A stretch of DNA of 64,000 nucleotides from the human T2T-CHM13v2.0 reference genome, Homo sapiens (GCF_009914755.1 NC_060926.1), one strand, 5' to 3'; shown: positions 23,057 through 36,570, counted from the first letter of the stretch. The notes: generated by a model from the letters alone, not told the origin. Numbers and translations: made by a program.

Positions 23057-24092
23057 TCAATAATTAATACGTTTTTCTATCTAGTGGTTTTTAATTTCAT
23101 TATACTTTTCGTCTTTGTGGTAGTATTTTATTGATTTTTATATCTACCTTATTCTATTCTGATGGTAGTTTGTTTCTTGCTCCTATTTTGTATGTCTCAT
23201 TTTTTCCAAATATTAAACATAAGTACTTTACATTCTGTATTTAATAATTCCAGTGTCTGAGAACTTCGATAGGGCTAATTCTGCCTCTTCATGTTTGTGC
23301 TGAGTCTTTCTTACAGTGCCTTGATTCCTTGTGTGTCTTTCAGTTTAAGACTCTGAGCTTATACTTGATGGGGCTTTATTTGTTGAAATCCTTTAAGACT
23401 GGGCTTAACTCTCCAGAGATTTTACTTTTGTCTCTGCCAAGCTCTCACAGGGTTGTTAACCTGAGATTGCTTTAAGGTAACTTACCAGCTTGGGATTTCC
23501 TGGACCACAAGTATAATGCAAATTAGAATGACAAAAATGCATTAGGGTAAGCTGTGGTTATAAATTCTCAAGGGGATTGTTTTCTCCTCGTATCCAGAGC
23601 TTGAACCCTCAAAGATGCCTTTTTTTTTTTTTTTAATCAGTTCACTCTTCTGGTGGGTGAACTTTTTCCATAGTTCACACCTTTACTGAGGTTGTAACCC
23701 TTCAGGATGTGGAAGTCTGCCTCAGTTCCAAGTCTTCACCATTCGCAGACCCTCATTTCCTGGTTTCCACTAGCCTTTAGAAAATGAATTTTTAGGCTAC
23801 AGAGACTGGTAGATGCCCTCAAGGGCAAGCACAGAGTCAGCTTTAATTTACTACCTTTTCAAATTCTTTCCTTTTTTAACCTCTGAAATTTCTATAATTA
23901 CTATTGTTAAGATTAGCCTTGCAAATAAGGGTAAATAAAATAATTCCTGAGAATATAGAAATGAGGGTAAATCATAAATGGCAGACAGCATTCTGTTTCC
24001 ATCTCTCCAGATAAGGGTTCTTAGGGGCTGCTGTTTTAGACAGGGGTACCAAACATCCAAATCCATGGGGAATATATCACACTTGCTTGTCA

Positions 24093-24650
<558 letters not shown>

Positions 24651-25633
24651 GTCTTCCTTGCTTGTCTTCCTTTAAAAAAAAAGATCAGCTTCATACCTAA
24701 AAGGATGTTTATTATACTTAATCCAGGATTTCTAGGTGATTCATAGTGGGAACATTTTTCGGGCTGGCTAGATCACCATAATGCTTAAAATGCAAGTCTT
24801 TCACTCTAGTTCTTCTCACGGCTGGCACCTTCTCTTCGTTTAGGTCTCATCTCAATGCCAACATCCTATCTAAGTAGCCACTTTCCCTACCAGTCATTTG
24901 CTACCACATTATTTTTTATTTTTTCTCATCACACTGTACAATAATATTTTTTTGAAAGGTTTTCCTATGTACTCTCCCTGTCTCTCCCACTAGTGTGTAA
25001 GAACTATGAGAGTAGATATCAAGTCTTTCTATTTTCTTCTGTGTTTTCAGCCCCAAGGCCAACTGCTTGTCAGAATAAGCACTCAAATATTTGTTGGATG
25101 AATAATTTTTTTTCTTGAAGCAAATATAAATGGATACAGCACCTAAAATATGTTTCTAAAACTTAAGATTATGTCAGTAAGTATAGCATGTGAATGCTCA
25201 GAATTGTCAGTTTGTTGTTTATACTTTGTGGTCTCAACTTATCAAGAAGTCCAATAAATTCTGAAGTTGTTATTCTTTTATCAAAAAAGTAAGAAAGTGA
25301 TTTTTATTTCAGTATATTGAGCGTAAATAACTTTTTTTAAAGTAAGAATCATGAAAACATGCCTAAAGAAAGTAGCCTAAAATTATTTTCAGGACATGAC
25401 ACCTCCCCATCTCCAAACAAAATTAAGAGTGCATATGCCACTTACCTTGTTTGTGTATAAGGGAGTAGAACTGTTTCACAGAGAAGTGAGTTTTGTACTT
25501 AGCTATTTGACTAATCAAATCCCATAACATCTCTGAGCTTAGAAAATGTAATCTAAATATGGTTAATTTTCCCTCTAGCAAATCCTGGAAATCCTCGTTT
25601 TAATAAAATCTTCACAGTGTTTGTAAGATATTC

Positions 25634-25923
25634 CTTTTTCTTTTTTTTGAGACAGAGTCTTGCCCCGTCACCCAGGCTGGAGTGCAGAGGCACGATCTCG
25701 GCTCACTGCAACCTCCACCTCCCAGGTTCAAGCAATTCTCTGTCTCAGCCCCCCAAGTAGCTGGGAAGGTGCCCTCCACCACACCTGGCTAATTTTTGTA
25801 TTTTTAGTAGAGACAGGGTTTCACCACCTTGGCCAGGCTGGTCTTGAACTCCTGACCTCGTGATCCATCTGCCTCGGCCTCCCAAAGTGCTTGGATTATA
25901 GGCGTGAGCCACCATGCCCAGCT
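25634..25923 (-). mobile_element. Alu (S-type)
   Basis: Reverse dimeric Alu. Confidence 0.95.
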
Positions 25924-27289
25924 TTTAAGATACTTCTTTCGGAAAAAATTTCCTGGAATAAGGGTAATCATATACCCTAACTCCAAACAGCAATGACAAC
26001 AACCAAAAAGCAAGCATTTATTACAACAGGCGAGGCCCTGAGTTGAGAGATTTATGTGCATTTCCTTATTAAAACCTTAAAGATCCTCTTATAAGATAAT
26101 TATTATTCCTACCTATAGGTGAGTAAACCTTGGTAAACAGAGAAGTTGCTCATAGTTACAAGGTTAGTGAAATCCATGTTCTTTAATAATTCTTTATATT
26201 GTTCCACAAAGAAAAGCATTTTCAATATTTAGTCCTTATGTTTTGGAAGCAGATGTAGGTCTTGAATTTCTAGGGTGGATGACTCCACATTCTTTCCTGT
26301 TTTATTGGTGGAAAACCAAACCAGAAATCATGATTTGAGAGGGTGTGTTCTTGGGCCATTCTATGTAATACAAACCTAAGTCATTTGGGGACTTTATTCA
26401 TACATATTTCCAGTATATTTTGGAAAAAGCATTGAATTGTACCTATTTTAAGGATAATATCAGTGACATTTAATTCATAATTGTATTATGAATTTTATTC
26501 AACTTCAGTGACAATTGCTATTTGATCTCAGCCTACAATCATAAATCTTGTTGAACTACTATTTCATGAACATTCCCTAACTAGCCACTCTTTGGTTAAA
26601 AATCTTAGCTGGGTTTAAGATATCTGTGTTAAAGAAGACTCCAAGTCAGGCATCTGGATTCTCTAAGAAGGGTTTTCCATTTTCTTGTATTTCAGGTTAA
26701 GGGAATTCTAAAGAATTACACATGAGCTAATTTGTTTTTTTAACTCTGATCACTTTAAAAAATTTGTAATTCTCCAAACGACCTAGATAAAATGCTTTGA
26801 TAAATATTGTCTATAACTGGAGAACTACTGATGTATAAAAATGTGTCTTTTTGGTTAGCTCTGCCTACCTCATTTGATTTAGCTTTGTGTTCTTTTGCTT
26901 TTACGTTTTCATGCTTTCTCCTTATTCTTCCAGGATTTCATCCAATTGGAAAGTTAAGTTCTTAGTACTGAGTGGCTAAAAAAGAAATATTTAAATCCAC
27001 CTAGACACTATGTACCAAATACACTCAACCATAACCACACCAGTAATGATGTCCTCTAATGGGGAGCACTGGTACCTGAGGATGAATCCCTTCTCCTTCC
27101 CTGGTGGAAGTGGAAAAGTATCAAGAATTTTCAGAAAGCTGCTGAAATTTGATGAAGGCTGTGTTCAACTTGTTGGCTGCCACTCTTGGTAAATAATAAA
27201 CAATATAGGCATATGTCTCTGAAAAGACTTCTCCAACTTAGGTTTTCCAAGCCCAGTAGCTTAATTTTTTATTTTGTTTTCCTGTTTTT

Positions 27290-27860
27290 TAAATTTAATT
27301 TTATTATTATTATCATACTTTAAGTTTTAGGGTACATGTGCACAAAGTGCAGGTTAGTTACATATGTATACACGTGCCATGCTGGTGTGCTGCACCCATT
27401 AACTTGTCATTTAGCATTAGGTATATCTCCTAATGCTATCCCTCCCCCTCCCCCCTCCCCCACAACAGTCCCCAGAGTGTGATGTTCCCCTTCCTGTGTC
27501 CATGTGTTCTCATTGTTTAATTCCCACCTATGAGTGAGAACATGCAGTGTTTGGTTTTTTGTCCTTGCGATAGTTTACTGAGAATGATGATTTCCAATTT
27601 CATCCATGTCCCTACAAAGGACATGAACTCATCATTTTTTTATGGCTGCATAGTATTCCATGGTGTATATGTGCCACATTTTCTTAATCCAGTCTATCAT
27701 TGTTGGACATTTGGGTTGGTTCCAAGTCTTTGCTATTGTGAATAGTGCTGCAATAAACATACGTGTTCATGTGTCTTTATAGCAGCATGATTTATAGTCC
27801 TTTGGGTATATACCCAGTAATGGGATGGCTGGGTCAAATGGTATTTCTAGTTCTAGATCC
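27290..27860 (-). mobile_element. 5'-truncated young L1PA (about PA2-3) 3' end
   Basis: L1 3'UTR and ORF2 C-terminus in reverse; 'caggttagttacatatg' and 'ttttagggtac'. Confidence 0.93.
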
Positions 27861-28544
27861 TGTTTTGTTTAACTACAAACCAAAGCTAAAGAAATGATAC
27901 AATGGTCTCATATTCAAGAATCTTATAAATTTTCTACAGAAAATATAAGGTGTAAAAGGAATGGAGAGTTCTTTAAGCAGCCTCAGAGAAATTATTACCT
28001 TGCGTCAAATTCAAAATGGATTGTCAACTATGTCATAATTTTCTGGAAAAAGCTGTTTAAATAACAATACTTCAGTGTTGCTTTGCATTTACACTGCTAG
28101 AATTATACCAGGCATCTAAAGGGCAGCCCTTCTAGGACACAGTGTCCTTGGCAAGATCTTTAGAAAAAGACAAAAAACAAAAACAGAAAGCAAAACTTGA
28201 AAGGAGAGACTCTATGGAGAAGAAAAATGAGAGGAGAGAAAAATGATGCCAAAATATTTAATGTCAAATGCCAAAACTAATATTTATTTGACTGTTTTCA
28301 AATGAATAAGTTGCATCATTTATTATTAATATTATTGCATCATATACTATTAATATTATTATTTGCTTAAAAATTGCCATGAATGAATTTTAAAAGGTAG
28401 GAAACCGTAGGAGATTAATTTTAATGGGAGGAATGATATCTTACTTCTTTGGTTATATAGATGAGTTTAGTTAGTTTTGGAGATTTTAAGAAGAGATTTA
28501 CTTTCAACTCTCTATCATAAATGCATATTAACCTAGGAGATCAT

Positions 28545-28650
28545 TTTTTTTTTATTACACTTTAAATTTTAGGGCACATGTGCACAACGTGCATGTTTGT
28601 TACATATGTATACATGTGCCATGTTGGTGTGCTGCACTCATTAACTCATT
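28545..28650 (-). mobile_element. Very short L1PA 3'-terminal fragment
   Basis: About 100 nt of L1 3'UTR between TCATTTTTTTTTTT repeats (probable TSD). Confidence 0.88.
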
Positions 28651-28784
28651 TTTTTTTTTTTTGGTCTTGAAAATTTAGTTCTTGCACCAATCAAATCCTT
28701 TATGTCTAAAATTTAGACTAAACACTGATTAAGACGCAAACTCCAGTCACATGCACCCTATGTAGTCTGAGACGATTCACTCAC

Positions 28785-31700
28785 CTATGGATTTGACAAG
28801 CGCTCACGGCTGTGTCTCCACCTCTCACCACATCTGGGATGTTTTTGTCATTCGAATGCCCTTCTGCTTCCTCTAGGAGGCTGCTTTTGGAAAGGAAGGG
28901 TTCAGGTTCCCCAGCACAGGCTTCTCTCTGATCTGTTTCAATCTGAATCAAAGGCACTTCCCTCGAGCAAAGTGATCGCCTTTTGTGGTTTATTGGTACA
29001 GGGTCCTGGCACGAGGAAGTTTCTTTTTTAGAATCTAAAGGGCTGTGGTTTGTAAGAGAAGCAGTTTTGCTCAAAGATGACACTGGGGGCTGTTTACATT
29101 CGGTAACAGAGTCTTTCCTCGGGCAATCGAGAGACTCCTGAACAAGCAGAGTTGGCCCACTGCACATCCTGCTCGCAGCTAATCTATTTGCACACTTCTC
29201 TGCTTGCGAGGGAGAGCCACCAGAAACAGGCTCAGTGTCAGCTTCCTCTGCATCATCCACAATGATTTTGTTCTTGCGCATGAGAGCCTCAATGGAGCTA
29301 GCCCACGTTTCATGAATTAACATGTTGGTGATGTGGTCAGTCCCACCTCTCCGATACAAGCAAGAGTCAGATTTGCAGAGACCGGATGAGGACGCGCTAC
29401 TGACCGGCTGCACGCTTAGGAAATCTTGTGGGCAGTTCTGAGCAAAGCCATCTAAAGAGTTGGCTTTGATGGGCACATTCACTGTCAGCCTGGAGCATGG
29501 GGATCTGCTGTCTGGCATGGACGACTGTCTGTGGCACACTGGGGATCGCAGAGAAGGAGACAGCAGGCCGGCTGTCCAATCCTGGCTGCTCCGTCTGGAG
29601 GAGGCACTTTCTCTGCTGTCTCTTTCGATGTCCCTCAGCATGTACCTGTAGAACTCCTCAGTGATGCTCTCTGTGCTGGACTGCTTAGAGGGACAGCTAG
29701 GCCTCACACTGAGGTGGTCACTTTTCCGGCACGCCTGTTGCATGGCTGAGTTCAGAATGCTGCTGGCGTTCTTGCCAGCATAGTAATCCAGCAGTAACTC
29801 AAATCCTCTCCCTTCATTTTCCATCTGGTTCACCATGAACCTGGAAAACTCATCGGTGATGCTCTCACAGCTCGACTGCTTGGAGACAGAGCTGGCCCTG
29901 CTGACCGGCTGGCTCAGCGTGCTCATTAAGCCCAGGCTGTTGACATAGGCCCTGGCCTCGGAGTCTTCCTCAGGAATGCTTTCGCAGCTGGAGGCCTTCA
30001 GCCGGCTCCACCTGTCGCCACTCAGTAACCGATTCCGGGGATAGCCCTGCGCCTGCCACATGCCGTCCACCATAGAGAACTCCGTTAGGTTCATGATCTT
30101 GGCTGCCACTTCATTGGCAAAAAGATTGACAGAATCTGGGACATCTTCAAGGTTCATGGACTCATCCACAACCCTGTTCATCAGCTTTTCTTTAAGCTCA
30201 GGGTGCTCGTCCGTCTTCCTCTTGATCTCACTGAGCCGGGGAGGCTTGTGTTTCCTCACAGCGGTCCCGCTCCCCTGGCTCTCTTTCTTCCTCTTCAAGG
30301 ATCGGCAGGGTACGTTGGGTGTCATCAGAAACTCACTCCCTCTTTTCCATGCACAAAACCAGGGTTGTTTTCCACTGGAGTTGTCAAGGCAAATCGCTGC
30401 AATTTCAGTTGCCATGGAGACGACCGTGTCTGCTAATTCTTCCGCAAAGTCTGTAATGCAGTAGATGTCTGGATGCTTTGTTTGAAGCGTGGATTGAGCA
30501 GGAAGCAGCAGGTCATCCCCTAACAAGGACAGGTTGACTTGAACTTCGTTGATGCGAGATGTGGCACAGTTGTACTTTTCTTGGGTGTTTGGGTGGATAC
30601 TCTCCTCAGCCTCCTGGGAACCACTTCTGGACCGGCTGACCGTTGGGGACCTTTGTCCTTCGGAAGAGGCTCTGCATTCATTCTCACTGTGATGAGGGCT
30701 TTTTGTATCCTCTCCTGCTATTCCTTTCAGATATATTTCCTTGGAGGATGTTGTAGCAGTTGAAGAATCGGGCACTCTGTGACTACGTGATAATTGTGAC
30801 TGCAGCGTGGGGTTCTTGAAGAGGCCTGGCCTCACTCCACCCTTGTCTTGTTTTGAATACATGCCATCCACAAGATTGTTGATGACAAGACTCGTGTTGT
30901 GTGAATTGCTAAGTGGAGAGCTGCTGGAGGATTCAGTGGCTTTTGTCCAAGCTTGACTAGCACCCGGATCAGATGGCTGGCAGCTTGGTTCTGTCTCCCT
31001 CCTTCTGATGGTCTCCTTAGAAAGGACAGCAGGACATTCACCAAGCCGTACAATATGACTCATCTTCTTGAACGTGAAGCATATCACATCTAAAAGCAGT
31101 TGATTTGTACTTTCCATTAAGGTGTCCAGAATTTCAGATGAATGCCTGTTGTCATTGGGGTCGATTATCATATTTTTGTGGTGAACTTCATCAATGGAAT
31201 GCCTCAGGATAACATTGGACAGGGTATGTGCCAGTTCATTCCTGACGACATTTTCTGAGCACAGGGTCTGAGACTTTGAAGCAGTTTCCATGATTCTCCT
31301 GTTCATGGAGTCCAGAAAGTCTCCAATGCTGCTGTAGGTATTAGGCCTTGTTAAAACCAGAGCAGCCTCCTTGAGCAATCCCTCGGCAATGGCTTCCTTG
31401 CCAAGCTCCATGCTTGCTAAACCACAAAGTGGGGGCATGGCTTCAGAAGCCTCAGCTGCAGGCGGGAGGCTACCACTTGGAGCCACTGAGCATGTCACCT
31501 CTTCTCTTTCACCCAGACCACAGACAGCCACGGCACTGGCCACCTGAGTCATGCCACACAAAGCAGATGGAAAGGAGTACTCATTGATGGAAGGTTCCTT
31601 GAGTCCTTGGGGTGCTTGAGTTTGCAGTGCACCACTGCTCCCTGGGGGAAAGTTCGAGACCACTTGCTCCATTTTGAGTCTTTCTGTGGCCTGTGGACTG

Positions 31701-32535
31701 GAAATAGTTCCAATCACAGTGGCTGCACAAGCTAACGCCACTTCTAGAGCACTCTGGGGTTGTCTGCTGGAGTTCTCTCCAGAGAGGATGCTTGAGGTTT
31801 CAACAGAGACTTCCATCTCAGGCCAGGAGGAGATGCCTGGCTGTGGGGCAGCATCACTGCCATCTGGACTCTGAACAACGACGATTTTGGGGAGCTCATT
31901 CCATGACCGAGAAACCACTGTATCTTTTGTGGAATAGCAACTGGGAAGCAGAGAACTTCCTACAGAAACACTGACTGCAGATTCCTGGGGTAATGTGGAC
32001 TGAGATTGAGATAATCTAATAAATGCATCCTGCAGCACGGATTCTGCTAAATTTGTAGCATACTTGCCAGTGGTGACTTCTCCATCTTGTCTAGGAGGGA
32101 GAGCGTTTCTTGTGTCTTCATGGTCTCCTGGGTTTAGGTTGCTTCTCTGCTCTGCCACAGCACATGCAGAAGGTACATCTTTATCCATCATGGAGAAATA
32201 AGCATCTTTTGGAATATACAGTGCCTGTGATTTTTCCATTTGACCTTTAAAAGCTTCTGAATGATAATAATGTGTGGCTTGTCTCCCATTCCCCACAGCT
32301 TCTCTTTTCCACTGTGATGGCTTGGCTGAGGGATCTAGACTCTGCAAGGCTGTGTTCTTTGTTAGGTTTTCTGGAGATCGTTCTGTTTTAATCAATGGTG
32401 TGGGATATTTGTTGATGTATTTGTCTTCCAAAGCATAAAGCCACTTTTCCTTGTTGCAATTCCATTCCACCTGGGTGGCTCCCTTTAGCTGTTTACTTTC
32501 CAAAACATTGGCTGAGACATTTATATTTTCATAAT
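28785..32535 (-). CDS. SPHKAP: SPHKAP giant coding exon (exon 7) with PKA regulatory-subunit-binding amphipathic helices
   Basis: 3,751 nt within the 1259-aa ORF; ctag|ATTAT...CATAG|gtgag, phase 1-2; AKAP helices DFAEELADTVVSMATEIAA and LFANEVAAKIMNL; SKQSSxESITxEF repeats. Confidence 0.98.
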
Positions 32536-32629
32536 CTAGTGAGGAGAAAATGAGGGGCACTATTACTTTTTGGATAGCAGGTTACCATAAGTCTTAAGTA
32601 ATAATTACTTTCTAAAAATAAAACATCAA

Positions 32630-33114
32630 TAAAGACACATGCACACATATGTTTATTGCAGCACTATTCACAATAGCAAAGACTTGGAACCAACCCAAAT
32701 GTCCATCAATGATAGACTGGATTAAGAAAATGTGGTACATATACACCATGGAATACTATGCAGCCATAAAAAAAGGATGAGTTCATGTCATTTGTAGGGA
32801 CATGGATGAAGCCGGAAACCATTATTCTGAGCAAAGTATCACAAGGACAGAAAACCAAACACCGCATGTTCTCACTCATAGGTGGGAATTGAACAATAAG
32901 AACACTTGGATGCAGGGTGGGGAACATCACACACTAGGGCCTGTTGTTGGCGGGGGGAGTGGGGAGGGCTAGCATTAGGAGATATACCTAATGTAAATGA
33001 CAAGTTAATGGGTACAGCACACCAACATGGCACATGTATACATATGTAACAAACCTGCATGTTGTGCACATGTAGCCTAGAACTTAAAGTATAATAAAAA
33101 TAAAATAAATAAAT
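32630..33114 (+). mobile_element. 5'-truncated L1PA (about PA4-6) 3' end
   Basis: From 'aaagacacatgcacac' to the A-tail; degenerate TSD AAAAATAAAACATCAA / AAAAATAAAGCATTGA, consistent with CpG decay. Confidence 0.93.
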
Positions 33115-34089
33115 AAAAATAAAGCATTGACTTTTTTTCCCCCTTCAAGAATAACAGTTTGAATGGTTTTCCTCAAGAAAAATGAATCTGAAAAGGCTTT
33201 CAAATTTCATGATAGAATGCCACCCAACAAAATGGCTTTCCATATGGGATACAAATGCAAGTAGGAGATGTTTGAGGGCTGAGGGCTGCCACCATTTTTC
33301 AGGGGAAAGCAACCCAGACAGTTGCATCTTAGAGCTTCCCAGTGGGTACAGAAGGAGAAGGGAGGATGTTTACGGCAACCTCAGTAGTGGGACTTGCTGC
33401 AAAGATTTGTTCTAAAGTTTGCATGAGACTTGTCCCAGGGACAGTGGCAACAACATCTGGGGTACCCCTTCCTCTGTGGCTAAAAGTGGGGAGGAGGAAC
33501 GCATTGTTCATTGAGCTCTGTGAATGGGTCAACAGGAAGAGCTGAATAAATGGGTACTAAGCACTTTCCTGGATTATCTCTTTCTGTCTTCACAAAAATC
33601 ATTAGCTATAGGCATGATCGTACTCCCAAATTAGACAAACAAACTAGGCTAGGAAAGATTAGATAACTGGCGCCAGATCTCACAGCCTCAATGTGGCAGT
33701 GCTGGGATTCAAATCCAGGCTGGTCCAACTTGGCTTCAACTAATATATGGCTTTTATGGAAGTCTTAGGGAAGTTAACTTTCCTCCCAGTGATAGCCTCC
33801 ATCTCTTGGCAGGCAGGAGGATTTTCCTTTAAAGTACACAAATTCCCTTCAGTATGCCTAAGGCATCTTTTGGGAGTCTGGATCCATCCAACCATTAAGT
33901 CCGCTAAGTGAGTTTGTCAGTATCTTCACCAGTGTTCTCATATCCTCCTTCCTTCCTTCCTTAAAATTCAGCAAGTAAAGACTGTGATGTGTCAGCCAAA
34001 CTGATGTGGCCTGGAACTTTTCTGAAATCTCACCAAGACATTTTTATACGGGGACTAATTTCAGGAGGCACTAATTGGAAAGTTCTCAC

Positions 34090-34345
34090 CGTTCCTAGAT
34101 TCATCCACCTCGCTTTCCTCCTCCAAGTGCTCAGAAGCGGTGAGAAAGTCTTCCTCGATTGAAGATAAGGAACAGTTCGTGTCATCCTCCAGTTTCAAGA
34201 TGTTTGTTTCCAGGTGGAGCTGTCGCTCCTGCACCAGTTCCAGACCAATCAGAAATTTGTTGATTTCAAAGATGATGCAGTTGGTACTGTTTGGTCTGTT
34301 CCCTCTTGCACATTGGACCAAGCAGATATCTGGCAGCCAAGGGCA
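34090..34345 (-). CDS. SPHKAP: SPHKAP coding exon (exon 6), CPWLPDICLV...VDESRN; contains FFAT-like EEDFLTASEH
   Basis: 256 nt, tag|TGC...AACG|gtgag, phase 0-1; overlaps ORF 34061..34321. Confidence 0.95.
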
Positions 34346-34597
34346 CTAAAAGTGGAGAGAAAAGAAGGCATTTATTCAAAAGGGAAAATAAAAGACTATT
34401 GCCTCTGAGCTTTCCTTTTCCACCAAGCTCTCCTGTTAATAGGAGTGGGGACCTTTAAAATATTTGAAATGTCTTCTGGAATTATATTAATAAACTGCTT
34501 GAAAAAAATTCAAGTGATGTTTGGAACACAAGGTACCTAGGAGAAAGCCTGACTTAGGGAAAAATAGATCGGCTGTATCACATATTTTAATTTCCCT

Positions 34598-35158
34598 TGG
34601 TCAAAGCAAAAATTCAACTGGGTAAAGTTAAACAGGCAAAGAAGATTTTTATTTGAGGCTATTAAAATAGGGAAGAGAGGCCAGAATTAAGTTGGACCAC
34701 AACTCCACTGAAACAAAAGGCAATAGGGTTTTTAAGGGCTAGAGTGATGGGGGAGATCATAGGTCATCTGTGTTTGATAATTGGCTTTACCCAAAGAAAC
34801 AGTAAACTTTCTTGTATCTTTATGACAGGAGGTAGTTTTACAACCTGGAGCAAGATGCCCAGTGAAGTTAGGTTCTCATGCTCCCATAAAGACTGGGGAC
34901 TTTAAGGGAACTATCTTCCTTGATGATTACATTTCAAAGAGACAGCTCCCAGGTCCTTGAGAAAGACATTTCTGGGTATAAAGCTGGCAAGAGGCTTTTA
35001 CAAAAGGATTTACATTTCAAAAAGGCACAGGAGGAATTTACAATTATAAATTTTCTAGATTAAATGCTCTAAGAAAAGGGAAGTCAGGGTCTAGAGTCAG
35101 GAAGGAGCCTGTCTAAATTTTGGTCAAGCTGAAGGGAATGTCAACGCTGTCTTGGTTA
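34598..35158. mobile_element. ERV1-type solo LTR (MER31/MER67-like)
   Basis: 'ttaaacaggcaaagaagatttttatt...ttgatgattacatttcaaag' resembles these families; family call from memory. Confidence 0.5.
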
Positions 35159-35689
35159 CCTCTCTTGATTAAATTGAGTCCCAGTTTCTCAGATCAGTAT
35201 CTTTCTCTGCCTTGAAGATACTCAGTAAAACCTCTACTACTAGTACTTCAGATGTACAGTAAGTGTTCTATCAACTACAGTTAGATTCTATAATTTGTAT
35301 TGCTTATCTGAAGAAGCAGTCAACATGAAATTAAATGAAATCCATAGGAAGTGAACTAATTATCTCTAAAAGACCAGCGTATGGGAAAAACAGTGATAAA
35401 GAGGCCCAAATTATAGAATCATGTACTAGTCAGACCTGTTAATTCTGTTCCGTTCTAGGGTTACAAACCATATCCTCATTCTCCACTACACATTGTCACT
35501 ATTCATATTATTTATTGCTCATTGGAATCGTAATAAAAGGTTCCAATAATTCTAGGAGAGATGATTATAAAATGAAAAATTCAATCCTTCTCCAAGGGGT
35601 TTAGGAATCCCCTGGGGGCTCAAAAATAAAATTCCCCTAAATGCATATGTGATTAGGTCTATTTTTCAAAGAAGGTGGTCCATTGCCTT

Positions 35690-35851
35690 GCTTTTCTAAG
35701 TGTGGGTATGGACCTGCAGCCATGGCATCACCAGGGAGCTTGTTGGAAATATTTACTCTCAGGCCTCAACCCAGATCTACTCAATCAGAATCTGCATTTC
35801 CAATGAATCTGTTGGAGATGTGTACATGCATTAGCATTTGAGACCCACTGG
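35690..35851. mobile_element. MER5A-like DNA transposon
   Basis: 'ggcatcaccagggagcttgttggaaat...aatcagaatctgcattt...tttgagacccactg'. Confidence 0.75.
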
Positions 35852-35991
35852 TCCATAGCTTTTATTGAATTCACAAAGTATCTGTGATCCCCCGAATGGA
35901 GAGGAACTGCTGTTGTAGAGTAAGCAGAAGTTGGCTTAATTTTCTTTCCACTGAGTTTAGACACACTACACTAAGCTGAAACTTACCCAGT

Positions 35992-36077
35992 ATTTTCCGA
36001 GTGCCTATTGCATGCAAATTATGCAAGGAGGTGCATTTTCCGAGTGCCTATTGTATGCAAATTATGCAAGGAGGTGC
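35992..36077. repeat. 43-bp tandem duplication (2 copies, 1 mismatch)
   Basis: ATTTTCCGAGTGCCTATTG(C/T)ATGCAAATTATGCAAGGAGGTGC twice. Confidence 0.97.
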
Positions 36078-36139
36078 AAAAATGAATCAGACAATTGCTC
36101 TGGGGAGAAGGGCACACTATACTATCAGTGAGTCAACCT

Positions 36140-36570
36140 CAGCAGAGTCCAAGTGATTCACACGGAGTTGATTCACTTCCAGCGCCACGGGTGATCATGT
36201 GACTTAAGCCTGGCCAATCTGAATAATGCATTCCTTGGGTCATAGTGATTGGTTCAGAAATGGGCATGTGACATATGAGAGCCAATAGGATGCAATGAGA
36301 CTTCTGCTGAAAACCACCTGGAAATGACGTCCCATTCACTCTTTCCCGACTTGAACCCAAAAAGATATTGCTTCCTTGTGGGAGGAGCTTGTCTGATAAT
36401 GGGGCCAACGGAAAGAAAACAGGAAAGAGGCCACAAGAGAAAAATCCATGTGTTGATGACATTGTTTAAGTCTCTAATCTACTCCTGGATTTTTCTGGTT
36501 ACATGAAACAATATGTTCTCTTTTTGCTTAAGCTTATTTTCTGCCATGTTAAATTAAGAATCCTAACTGG
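36140..36570 (+). mobile_element. Old MaLR LTR (MLT1J/K-like)
   Basis: 'gattggttcagaaatgggcatgtgac...gccaatagga' and end 'aagaatcctaactg'. Confidence 0.55.

Noticed and set aside
29460-31974. Several plus-strand ORFs opposite the giant exon
   Set aside because: Antisense shadows of coding sequence with no independent support
32536-32560. Listed start of the 1259-aa ORF as a single-exon gene
   Set aside because: The first residues are intronic polypyrimidine tract; the true exon starts after the AG at 32535 and ends at the 28785 donor
35992-36077. Direct repeats as a CRISPR-like array
   Set aside because: Only two abutting copies, no spacers, and a mammalian intron context
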